This document shows, piece by piece, positions 1-8,184 of a stretch of DNA of 64,000 nucleotides (position 1 is the first letter of the stretch; every line of letters starts with the position of its first letter). Source of the DNA: a candidate division FCPU426 bacterium. Lineage in GTDB: Bacteria > Oederibacteriota > Muellerivitia > Muellerivitales > Muellerivitaceae. The notes below the pieces were generated by a model. It was given only the letters and a program-made list of their open reading frames with translations. It was not told the DNA's origin and searched no databases. The translations under genes were made by a program, and so were the position numbers. The stretch covers positions 64,001 through 128,000 of the forward strand of contig CAVYSE010000025.1 in NCBI GenBank assembly GCA_963771075.1, read 5' to 3'.

Positions 1-229
1 AGATCGACCCGTTGGCTTGGGCCAATCCGTTGGGTCCGTTGACCACCCATCCTCCCAGATAAGCCGGAGTCGCTTCCAGCGTGGGAACCGGTGTTAAATT
101 GCTGTTTCCATACCGGTTTGGGTAGATGCCGTTACCATTGTTCGATGTGGGAGGATAGGAATTGCATGACAAGCTCAAGATTAATAACGGACCGATGAAC
201 AGGGAATACAACTCAAAACTTTGTTTCAT
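1..229 (-). CDS. Partial (runs off window start) secreted lipoprotein-like protein
   Basis: Hand-translated open frame from ATG at 229 after GGAGG: MKQSFELYSLFIGPLLILSLSCNSYPP...; hydrophobic signal ending LSLSC (lipobox-like), then a TPVPT linker; not in ORF track because truncated. Confidence 0.6.
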   Translation of the reverse strand, partial: MKQSFELYSLFIGPLLILSLSCNSYPPTSNNGNGIYPNRYGNSNLTPVPTLEATPAYLGGWVVNGPNGLAQANGSI

Positions 230-338
230 CCTCATCCTCCCGCGAGTACCCTTTATTGTTTTGACGAAAACCGTCCCATAAAGTTACGCGGAACCCGAAG
301 AACCTGCCTGTTAAACCTTATTCTGGCTGATAATTGAT

Positions 339-731
339 TTAGTCCCGGGCTGACTTGGGAAGGTCCACGACTTTCGCGGACTCCTCCATTTGGCAATTCC
401 CCTCAAACGACGCGCCTTCCTCGATGATCAGCCTGGGCGTGGCCAGATCTCCCTCCACATGGGCGGTCGCCTCGATCTCCACCTTATCGCTGGCCGTGAT
501 GTTTCCCTTCACTTTGCCCCCCACCAGGATGTTCCGTCCGATCAAATTTCCACGGATCATGGCCTTCTCGCCGACGATGATGCCCTCCTCGCAGGTGATA
601 TTTCCGTAGATCTCGCCGTCCACATGGATGCTATTTTTGGAATTAAAATTGCCGCGCAGCGAGGCGTCCGGGCCGATCAGGGAATCCACCTTGCCCATGG
701 CTCTGTTTTCCCCAAAACCGAATAGTCCCAT
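339..731 (-). CDS. Bactofilin (polymer-forming cytoskeletal protein)
   Basis: SLIG...G...IHVDGEIYGNI...VGEKA.I.G...V.G.VKGNI...LIIEEGASFEGNC beta-helix pattern; AGGAGG RBS; adjacent to M23 peptidase. Confidence 0.92.
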   Translation of the reverse strand: MGLFGFGENRAMGKVDSLIGPDASLRGNFNSKNSIHVDGEIYGNITCEEGIIVGEKAMIRGNLIGRNILVGGKVKGNITASDKVEIEATAHVEGDLATPRLIIEEGASFEGNCQMEESAKVVDLPKSARD

Positions 732-868
732 TTTTCCTCCTAAAAATAAAGTGGACTTAAAGTCTTAATAAAATTTGCCACATAGCACGTTAACGCAGTT
801 TAGAACCTGAATAACCCTGAAAATAATAAAAAATGAAAACTGTGTCTCAGTGATTTAAGTGGTTTTTG

Positions 869-1786
869 TTAATCCAAATTCGGTAGGTATTTTTCCGGGT
901 CCACGGGCACCCCATGGATCCGCACCTCGTAATGGCAATGGCTTCCCGTGCTCCGGCCGGTGGACCCCATGTAACCCACCACATCCCCACGTTTGACCGC
1001 CTGGCCCACCTTGACCTCTATTCGGGAATTATGGCCATAGCGGGTGCTGTATCCGTAACCATGTTCCACGACCACCACCCGGCCGTAACCCGATTCCCAA
1101 CCGGCATAGGTGACGATCCCATCCGCGGTCACCCGGATCGGCGACCCGACCTCGTTGGCGATGTCCACCCCGTAATGGTACCCCGGCTCACCCGAGAGGG
1201 GAGAGGCCCTTTTACCGAACCCCGAGGTGATCCAACCCTTGACCGGCCAAATGGAAGGGGTGGCGGCCAGGATGGATCTTTGACGGTCCAGGAAAGCGCT
1301 GATTTCCTTAAAGCTGGCTTCCTGTTGGATGGCCTTCTCGTTGGTGTCTTTCAGTGTGGCGGAGACGTTGCTCATCAACTCGTCGTTCTTTTTCTGGAGA
1401 AGGGCGTCGAACCGGGCTGAATCTTCCTCGGTGGGCCCGCCCAAACCGGAATAGGAGAGGATCTGCTTCCGGTTACCCAATTTCAATATTTTCCGGAACT
1501 GGCTGTCCAACTGGGCCATGCGGCTGAGCATTTCCCGGTTGGTCTCGATTTCCCCCAATATCTCCTGCATGTTGGCCTTGAAATTCCGGGTTTGGATGGC
1601 CGCTAATTGATAGTTGATGTCTTTCGATATGACATAAGCGGACCACCCCAGCAATAAACCCATTCCCAACACACCGAGATGAACCATGAAAAGGTGGGTT
1701 TTAACCTGAATAGGCCTTCGGCCGTCATGGGGTATGACCATGAAGGTCAGTTTCTTTTTAAAGTACGAATGGGAACGGTGGGACAA
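869..1786 (-). CDS. M23 family peptidoglycan endopeptidase with N-terminal TM and coiled coil
   Basis: TPSIWPVKGWITSGFG, HYGVDIA, YGH, GSTGRSTGSHCHYEV motifs; exact start uncertain. Confidence 0.93.
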   Translation of the reverse strand: MSHRSHSYFKKKLTFMVIPHDGRRPIQVKTHLFMVHLGVLGMGLLLGWSAYVISKDINYQLAAIQTRNFKANMQEILGEIETNREMLSRMAQLDSQFRKILKLGNRKQILSYSGLGGPTEEDSARFDALLQKKNDELMSNVSATLKDTNEKAIQQEASFKEISAFLDRQRSILAATPSIWPVKGWITSGFGKRASPLSGEPGYHYGVDIANEVGSPIRVTADGIVTYAGWESGYGRVVVVEHGYGYSTRYGHNSRIEVKVGQAVKRGDVVGYMGSTGRSTGSHCHYEVRIHGVPVDPEKYLPNLD

Positions 1787-1972
1787 GCTTTCCTCGGGTT
1801 TAAAATGTCAATAAAGGCTTTGGAAAAACGTTAAAAGCCTAATTCCAAAATAAGTGCCTCGCTGGAACCTGTCAATCGAATTGGCCCCTGCTTCAAGGTA
1901 ATTGATTTCCATCATCCGAGGGAAAGGGCTCCCAAAGCAAGGTCTACCATAAGCGGGGGGAAGGGGAAAAAG

Positions 1973-2731
1973 TTATTGAATGGAATGGCCGCCGGTAGAA
2001 AGGAACTTTTCAATCGCTCCCATGACAATCGAATGGTCGTAGTCCAGAGTGACCACGTGGTCCGACCGGTCGAGGTAAAGCAGGTGCTTCAAAGAAGATC
2101 CCAAACCCTGGTAGATGATTTCACCGTTTTTCGGCGGAACCATGGAATCCCTTCTGCCCTGTACGACCAGGGCTGGCGCTGTAATAGAACGCATTTCCTT
2201 CCGGACCCCATCCATCAGTTTTTTCAGCTCATACAGGCTTTGGGTGAACACGTAGGGATAGGTCAAATGGGGCGGCGCGGAAGGGTCCAATACCCCGCCC
2301 GTTAAATTCGAAGTGCGCCGCTGAAGGTGCCGGAAAAAGGCGATACCATTGAAGCGTATATCCCTGATCTTGACCGGGGCCGCGAGGGTGATTAGGCCCG
2401 CCACCGGATTCCGGGCCGCCAAGTGGAGGGTCAAGTCGCCCCCCATGGAAAGGCCCCCCACGAAAACTTGTTCACAACGGGAACGAAGGGCCCCATAGGC
2501 ATCTTGGGCGCTGGAAGCCCAATCTTCCCAGCGGGTCCGGGAAAGGTCCTCGGGGCTGGTCCCATGCCCTTCCAACCAGGGACCCAAGGTGCTGTAACCC
2601 TTGGGGCCGAGATGATCGCTGATAGGTTTGACTTCATCCGGAGTTCCGGACAACCCGTGCAGGAGCAGCAGGCCCACCGGTCCCGCCTTCACTTCGAACC
2701 CGGTCCTCATTTTCGGATGATGGGAGTCCAT
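1973..2731 (-). CDS. Carboxylesterase / alpha-beta hydrolase
   Basis: LLLHGLSG, GLSMGG nucleophile elbow, D...SDHVVT. Confidence 0.88.
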   Translation of the reverse strand: MDSHHPKMRTGFEVKAGPVGLLLLHGLSGTPDEVKPISDHLGPKGYSTLGPWLEGHGTSPEDLSRTRWEDWASSAQDAYGALRSRCEQVFVGGLSMGGDLTLHLAARNPVAGLITLAAPVKIRDIRFNGIAFFRHLQRRTSNLTGGVLDPSAPPHLTYPYVFTQSLYELKKLMDGVRKEMRSITAPALVVQGRRDSMVPPKNGEIIYQGLGSSLKHLLYLDRSDHVVTLDYDHSIVMGAIEKFLSTGGHSIQ

Positions 2732-3309
2732 ATCCCGGCGGTAACGTTCTGTTCCCTTTGGATCTCGGCAAGGATTTCGTCATCCGTCGGCCGGTCTTGG
2801 GGGTTTTTCCCCACGTATTTGTACCGGATCTTTTTGGTAGGATCGATGATGATGACGGTGGGGTGAGCAATGGGATGCCCGTTATGCCCCGCCTGGTTGA
2901 TTGCGCCGTAAGCCCCAATCAGGTTGAGTTTGACATCCGAAAGCAAAGTGAAAGGAAACCGCCATTGCTGGTTGAAACTGAGGCTTTCCTCGACCAGGTC
3001 CGTGCTGACGGCGTAAATGATGGAATGCAATTGAAGAAACCGGGAATAATCGTCTTTCAGCCCAAAAAGCTGGGTTTGACAAGCACCGCACCAATAACCC
3101 CGGTAGAAAAGAAGGACCAGGTAAGTGTTCGGGGGTACGCTGGTCAGGTGGGTCATTTGCCCGTTGCTGTCCAAGAGGGAAAAATCCGTGGCCATATCCC
3201 CCGGCGCAAGCCCGCCGGGTTTGGTCGTCACGGAGGGGGGAGCGCAAGAAAGGGGGCCCAGGAATAAACCGGTGAGAATACAGGCGGTCAATAGAATGCC
3301 CTTTACCAT
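2707..3309 (-). CDS. Peroxiredoxin-like (AhpC/TSA, thioredoxin-fold) lipoprotein
   Basis: GDMATDFSL...FYRGYWCGAC CxxC; signal peptide ending LSC. Confidence 0.85.
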   Translation of the reverse strand: MVKGILLTACILTGLFLGPLSCAPPSVTTKPGGLAPGDMATDFSLLDSNGQMTHLTSVPPNTYLVLLFYRGYWCGACQTQLFGLKDDYSRFLQLHSIIYAVSTDLVEESLSFNQQWRFPFTLLSDVKLNLIGAYGAINQAGHNGHPIAHPTVIIIDPTKKIRYKYVGKNPQDRPTDDEILAEIQREQNVTAGIWTPIIRK

Positions 3310-3427
3310 GATTCCATGTCCTTCACAATGAAATGGCCCAAGTTGCTGGGTTTAGAATAACCCCTAGGGGCAGTGAGTGCCAGCCTGAGCTTGGAGGTGT
3401 TGACTTATTTTCAGCCGCTTCCCAATA

Positions 3428-4231
3428 ATGAGCGCCATGATTTCCAGGATGATCCGCCTTTTCCCCCGAAAAACCTTTTCTTTTCCATTGGCATCGCTGG
3501 TTTTTTTTGCCGCCCTGTCCTGCATGGCCGCAAGTTCTCCTCCACCGCCTCCCGATTCCCAGGGATCGATCTTTATCCGTGAGAAAGTTGCCGATAAAAT
3601 CGCCTTCGAGTCCGCCTTCCAAGGCCTAAGAGATGAATTCAAGGACAATGGGTTCCTGGCCTATAGCCTTCACGCCGACCTTCAAAACCCCTCTTATTAC
3701 ATCCTGACGCTTCAATGTTCCAACTTGGAAAAGGGCCAAGCCTTTTTAAAATCAAAAAATTACCGGGCTTCGATGAAAAAGGCTCGGGTGACGGCACCCG
3801 TGGTTTGGTCCGGGTCGGATATCACACCCCGGGTTTACGATGTTCTTTCCCCCAAGCCCGCCGGCATCGTGATCGCACGCAACGACCTGAAATCCTACGA
3901 TTACTGGAAGGCCGTTTTTGACGAAGAGCATAACCCTTCCCACGGCGGCAAAAACCCGAACAAGGAAGAAGGCTATCACGAGCAAAGGAATTACAAGGCC
4001 AGCCAGTACAGCATCCACCGGGGCCTCGGCAAGCAAGACGTCGCATATGTAGTCCACCTGGCTTCGGACGTCTCGAAGGCTCCTGAATTCATGAGCTCAG
4101 CTCCCATGAAAGCGATGAAAGGGCCATTGGGTATTACTCGATTTGCGGTCTGGTATGGAGTGAACTTGGAACAAGGCGTTTTTACCGATAGCCCTACCAC
4201 AAAGCCCGCCATGGAGACACCCACCCCATGA
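3428..4231 (+). CDS. Hypothetical secreted/lipoprotein with two internally similar small alpha/beta domains
   Basis: Signal ending ALSC, poly-Pro linker; two halves both ending in YS.H...F..S.....MK; ATGA overlap with next gene. Confidence 0.65.
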   Translation: MSAMISRMIRLFPRKTFSFPLASLVFFAALSCMAASSPPPPPDSQGSIFIREKVADKIAFESAFQGLRDEFKDNGFLAYSLHADLQNPSYYILTLQCSNLEKGQAFLKSKNYRASMKKARVTAPVVWSGSDITPRVYDVLSPKPAGIVIARNDLKSYDYWKAVFDEEHNPSHGGKNPNKEEGYHEQRNYKASQYSIHRGLGKQDVAYVVHLASDVSKAPEFMSSAPMKAMKGPLGITRFAVWYGVNLEQGVFTDSPTTKPAMETPTP

Positions 4232-4517
4232 TCACCTTGAGGAAAAATACCGCGTCCTTCATGTGCCCGGTCCTCCTTGCGGTTTTACTTTCCCTCCTGG
4301 CGGTTGAAACCTCCCATCACCATGAGAAGCTGAAAGATAACGACCATTGTTCCGTTTGCGCCTGGCAGTTGACCGGATCGCAAGGGGTCACTGCTCCCGC
4401 TCCGCCTGTTCTCTTGCCGGTCCTACTCGTTCTGACGCTTTTCTTTTTCTTTCCCCTCCTCCAGGTCTTCAAGCTAATTCAATCCCGCGGAAGGTCTCCC
4501 CCCTCCTCCCCCTTTAA
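4228..4517 (+). CDS. DUF2946-like (CruR-like) leader protein; stop probably lost by an indel in a C-run
   Basis: TM segment, HHH, HCSVC, second hydrophobic stretch, RGRSPP at 4486-4503; TAA at 4515 is one base out of frame; separate AAAGGAGG RBS + ATG at 4567. Confidence 0.65.
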
Positions 4518-4566
4518 AGCTGACGATCAACGGCTTTTTTCGAAGCCGAATTTAAAAGGAGGACAC

Positions 4567-5695
4567 ATGTCCCGTTATTTAAAATTATTTTTCATCGCAG
4601 CGCTTTTGGGCTTCCCCCCATTCGGCCTGGCCCAAACCCGATCCATCATTTCCAATCTGGCGAATCCCGCCATTGGAATGAGCGCCCTTTTTCTTGGGCA
4701 GGAAGCCCCCAACCTGAGCCAATCCGGCCTCAACGGAATCCAGTTCCAGGAAGCCGAACTCAGCGTCATTTCCACGGTGGACCCTTACTGGACCCTGGCG
4801 GCCAACCTGGTCTTCGGGGCCAACTCCAATGACGGCATACCCGACACGGTGGAGGCGGAAGAAGCCTATGCCACCACCGACAGCATCCCGGATATCCAGT
4901 TGAAGGTCGGGGAAATGCGGGCCCAATTCGGCAAGCATGGTCTTCTGCACACCCACGCCTTTCCCTTCATCCAAGCCCCCATTGTCATGGGCAATTCCAT
5001 CGGTATGGAAGGTTTCAAGGACGCGGGAATCCAGGCGGCCTGGCTGACCCCCCTGTCATGGTTCTGCGAATTGACCGCGGGGGCCTACACCCCGGTGGCC
5101 GATGACGAAACGTGAGAACGGCGGGCAGGGCAATCACCCCTTGGATTTTAATTCCTCGTCCCATGACAACATCCCTTACCTAGTCCACTTGAAGAACCTC
5201 GTCGATGTGGACGAGGACACGACCATGGAGCTGGGAGCGTCCGATTTGACGGGAATGGGCGACGATGGCCTTCACCACGCGGTATACGGAGCGGACCTGA
5301 CGTTCCGCAACGTTCCCCTTCGGGAGTCCAACCAACACGGATGGATCCTCCAGGGGGAATACATCAAGAAGGTTTCCTATGAAGATAGCGTTTATAACCA
5401 GGAAACCGACGGGTGGTACGGGTCCTTCCAGGACCGCTTGTCCCAGGAATGGTGGACCGGCTTGCGTTACGAACAGTGTTTCAACACCACGCCCGACACC
5501 CAGGTGGACCCCACCGAGAACTCGCTAACCGGCCATGTCCAGCGGGTTTCCGCCGACATCGCGTGGCTGGCTTCGGAATTTTCGGAAGTACGGGCGGAGT
5601 ACAGTTACGCTTGGAACGACACGGGATCGGTGGATAACCGGGCGATGCTTCAATTTAATTACGTCATCGGCTTCCACCCGCCGCATTCGTACTAA
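4567..5695 (+). CDS. Outer-membrane beta-barrel of the type found with Zn/Mn ABC systems; apparent +1 frameshift near 5110
   Basis: Signal peptide, NPAIG, EAEL...VDPY, EEAY, FGK...HTH, C-terminal IGFHPPHSY; ORFs 4228-5115 and 5102-5695 join. Confidence 0.75.
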
Positions 5696-5699
5696 AGAC

Positions 5700-5745
5700 A
5701 GCTTTTAGCTGTTAGCCCTTGGCTAATAGCTAACTGCCAAAAGCT
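5700..5745. repeat. Heptamer-based intergenic palindrome
   Basis: AGCTTTT AGCTGTT AGC / GCTAATA GCTAACT GCCAAAA GCT. Confidence 0.7.
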
Positions 5746-5765
5746 AAAAACCTAAGGAGAAACAA

Positions 5766-6681
5766 ATGAAATCGCTCAAACAAATGATTTTCGCAGTTCT
5801 AACGGCGGTATTCGCCGTGCCGGCGTTCGCCGATTTGAAAGGTGGCCACTTCCCTCTCGGACCTGGCCTCCGTGGCCCAGTTCGTGGGAGGCTCCCACGT
5901 GACGGCCACCAGCCTCTGCAAGGGCTACGAAGACCCGCACTTCGTGCCCGCCAAGCCAAGCTTGATGAAGGCCATTCAGGACGCCGACGTTTTCGTGTCG
6001 GTCGGCCTGGAACTGGATGGCGGCTGGCTCCCCCTGGTCATTCCGGGAAGCCGAAACCCCAAGATCCAGCCGGGCGCCAAGGGTTTCATTGACGCCTCCG
6101 AGGGCGTGAACGTGCTGGAAAAACCCATCGGGACGGTCAGTCGGGCCGAGGGCGATATCCACCCCCTGGGCAACCCGCATTACTACACCGACCCGGCCAA
6201 CCTGGAAGTGGTGGCGGACCACTTGGCCCGGGTCTTTGGCGAACTAGACCCGGCCAATGAGGCCGATTACGCGGCCAACGCCAAGGCCTTCGACGAGAAA
6301 ATGGAGAAATCGCTCAAGGAATGGGAGGCGCAGATGAAGCCCTACCGAGGCTCTGCCCTTGTGGTTTTCCATGAGAACTTCGTTTATTTCGCCGAGCGTT
6401 TCGGGTTGAAGCTCTTCGGTACGGTGGAACCCAAGCCCGGCATTCCGCCCAACCCGCGCTACCTCACTGAAACCGCCGAGGCCATGAAAGCCGCAGGGGT
6501 CAAGGTGGTGATCTACCAGCCCTACCATGACGCGGATGCGTCCAACGTGCTGGCGAAAAAGGCGGGCGCCACGGCCTATGTGATCCCCACGGAAGTGGGG
6601 GGAACGCCCGAGGCGAAGGACGTCTTCACGAAATTTGACTTTATCGTGTCCACGCTCTCCCAAGCCTTCTCGCAAAAGTGA
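5766..6681 (+). CDS. Zn/Mn ABC substrate-binding protein (ZnuA/TroA family); apparent +1 frameshift near 5840
   Basis: Signal peptide in 5766 frame; DPHF, GDIHPLGNPHY, FHENF, EPKPGIPP in 5842 frame; removing one A from TTGAAAGGTG joins them. Confidence 0.88.
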
Positions 6682-6689
6682 GGTAAAGT

Positions 6690-7514
6690 ATGTCGAATTT
6701 CTTTTCCGTGATGGCATTGCCCATGCTGGCGTGCCTGCTGTTGGTGTTGATCCTTCCCTCCTTGGGCCAGCATGTGCTGGCCCGGGGGGTCATCTTCGTG
6801 GACCTGGCCCTGGCCCAGATCGCGGCCTTGGGGCAAAGCGTGGCCTTCCTCCAGGGCGCCGAACCCCATGACCCGGCCACCTATTACTGGTCGTTCGGTT
6901 TCACCCTCTTGGGGGCGGCCCTCTTCAGTTTCCTTTGGGACCGGGGCCACTCCGTGCTCCAGGAAGCCTTCATCGGAATCGCCTTCGCTTTCGCGACGGC
7001 CACCTCCCTTCTCCTCTTGGCCAACTCGCCCCATGGGGCGGAGCACGTCCAAGGAACCTTGAGCGGGGAGGCCTTGGGATGGGTCACCTGGAAAGACATC
7101 GCGATCATGGCGGTCTTTTACGCCCTGGTGGGGGCTTTTCTTTATAAGAAACACAAGACCCTAATGCTTTGCTCCAGTGACCCGAAGGAAGCCGCCCGCC
7201 AGGGTATATCCTTGAAGCTTTGGGACTTCCTCTTTTATATGGCCTTCGGGCTGGTGGTTACCGACGCCGTCAGGGTTTCGGGAGTGCTGGCGGTCTTCTC
7301 GTTCCTGATCGTGCCCATTGTTTGCGCCAACTTGATGGGTCACAAGAGCCACCACCGGCTTTATTGGGCTTGGAGCATCGGGTTGGTGATATCGGTCTTG
7401 GGCTCGGTGCTTTCGTACGTGAAAGACTGGCCGATGGGCGCGACCGTGGTCTGCATGTTCGGTTTAGCGGTCATCGTGATTTCAATCGCCACAAGGATGA
7501 AAAACGCGGAATAA
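6690..7514 (+). CDS. Metal ABC transporter permease (ZnuB/ABC-3 family)
   Basis: GQHVLARGVIFVDLALAQIAALG, EAFIGI, GVLAVFSFLIVP; multiple TM. Confidence 0.9.
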   Translation: MSNFFSVMALPMLACLLLVLILPSLGQHVLARGVIFVDLALAQIAALGQSVAFLQGAEPHDPATYYWSFGFTLLGAALFSFLWDRGHSVLQEAFIGIAFAFATATSLLLLANSPHGAEHVQGTLSGEALGWVTWKDIAIMAVFYALVGAFLYKKHKTLMLCSSDPKEAARQGISLKLWDFLFYMAFGLVVTDAVRVSGVLAVFSFLIVPIVCANLMGHKSHHRLYWAWSIGLVISVLGSVLSYVKDWPMGATVVCMFGLAVIVISIATRMKNAE

Positions 7515-7678
7515 AACCTAGTTTTATCCATCGATGCATAGGTTTCATGGGATAAAACAAACATTAAAAGTTGCAAAGGCTGCTTTGGCATTTCATAAAT
7601 AGAAAACCTTAAAGCCTTTGCCTATCCCAGCACATCCCTTGTATTCGCGGTTAATTGTCCTTGTTTTTTTAGTAAAAC

Positions 7679-7712
7679 AAAAAAGCCGCCCCCCTTTCAG
7701 GGGGCGGCTTTT
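7679..7712. terminator. Bidirectional intrinsic terminator
   Basis: AAAAAAGCCGCCCCC-loop-GGGGGCGGCTTTT between convergent genes. Confidence 0.88.
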
Positions 7713-7726
7713 ACTTTATTAAAGGA

Positions 7727-7999
7727 CTATGAAATTACCGACTTTGGCGGATCGGCGGGCTTGTTCTCGACCGGCTGCGTTGGAGCAGCTGCAGCAGGCG
7801 TTTGCGCCTGGATTTGGGCCTGGGGGGCAGGTTGGGGAGATGTATTCGGCGAATTGGAGGTCGTATCCCCGTTCGCGGCCTTTTTAAATTCCCTGATCGC
7901 CTCGCCCATGGCCTTGGCCAAATCGGGCAATTTTTGAGGCCCGAAAAGCAACATCGCCACAATGAATAGAAGCAACAACTCCCCGAAACGTCCGCCCAT
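7727..7999 (-). CDS. tatA: Twin-arginine translocase TatA/E
   Basis: ELLLLFIVAMLLFGPQKLPDLAKAMGEAIREFKKA. Confidence 0.92.
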   Translation of the reverse strand: MGGRFGELLLLFIVAMLLFGPQKLPDLAKAMGEAIREFKKAANGDTTSNSPNTSPQPAPQAQIQAQTPAAAAPTQPVENKPADPPKSVIS

Positions 8000-8184
8000 G
8001 TGAATCTCCTGAATGAAAGTGTGTTTATTGTAGAAACTCGGCCCGGCGAAGTAAAGATGTACTCAGGTTCAAAATTTTAAAATGTTCTGATTCTCCCGCT
8101 TTTTCCAACCCTATTTTAGCAGGCCAGCCGGGTTTGGATTATGATCATTCTAACCTAAAATAACGAAATCCCAGAGGAACACGA

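Noticed and set aside
1860..1965. 6S RNA
   Set aside because: No long closing stem or central bubble could be built by eye, and the usual zapA/ygfA/rny context is absent
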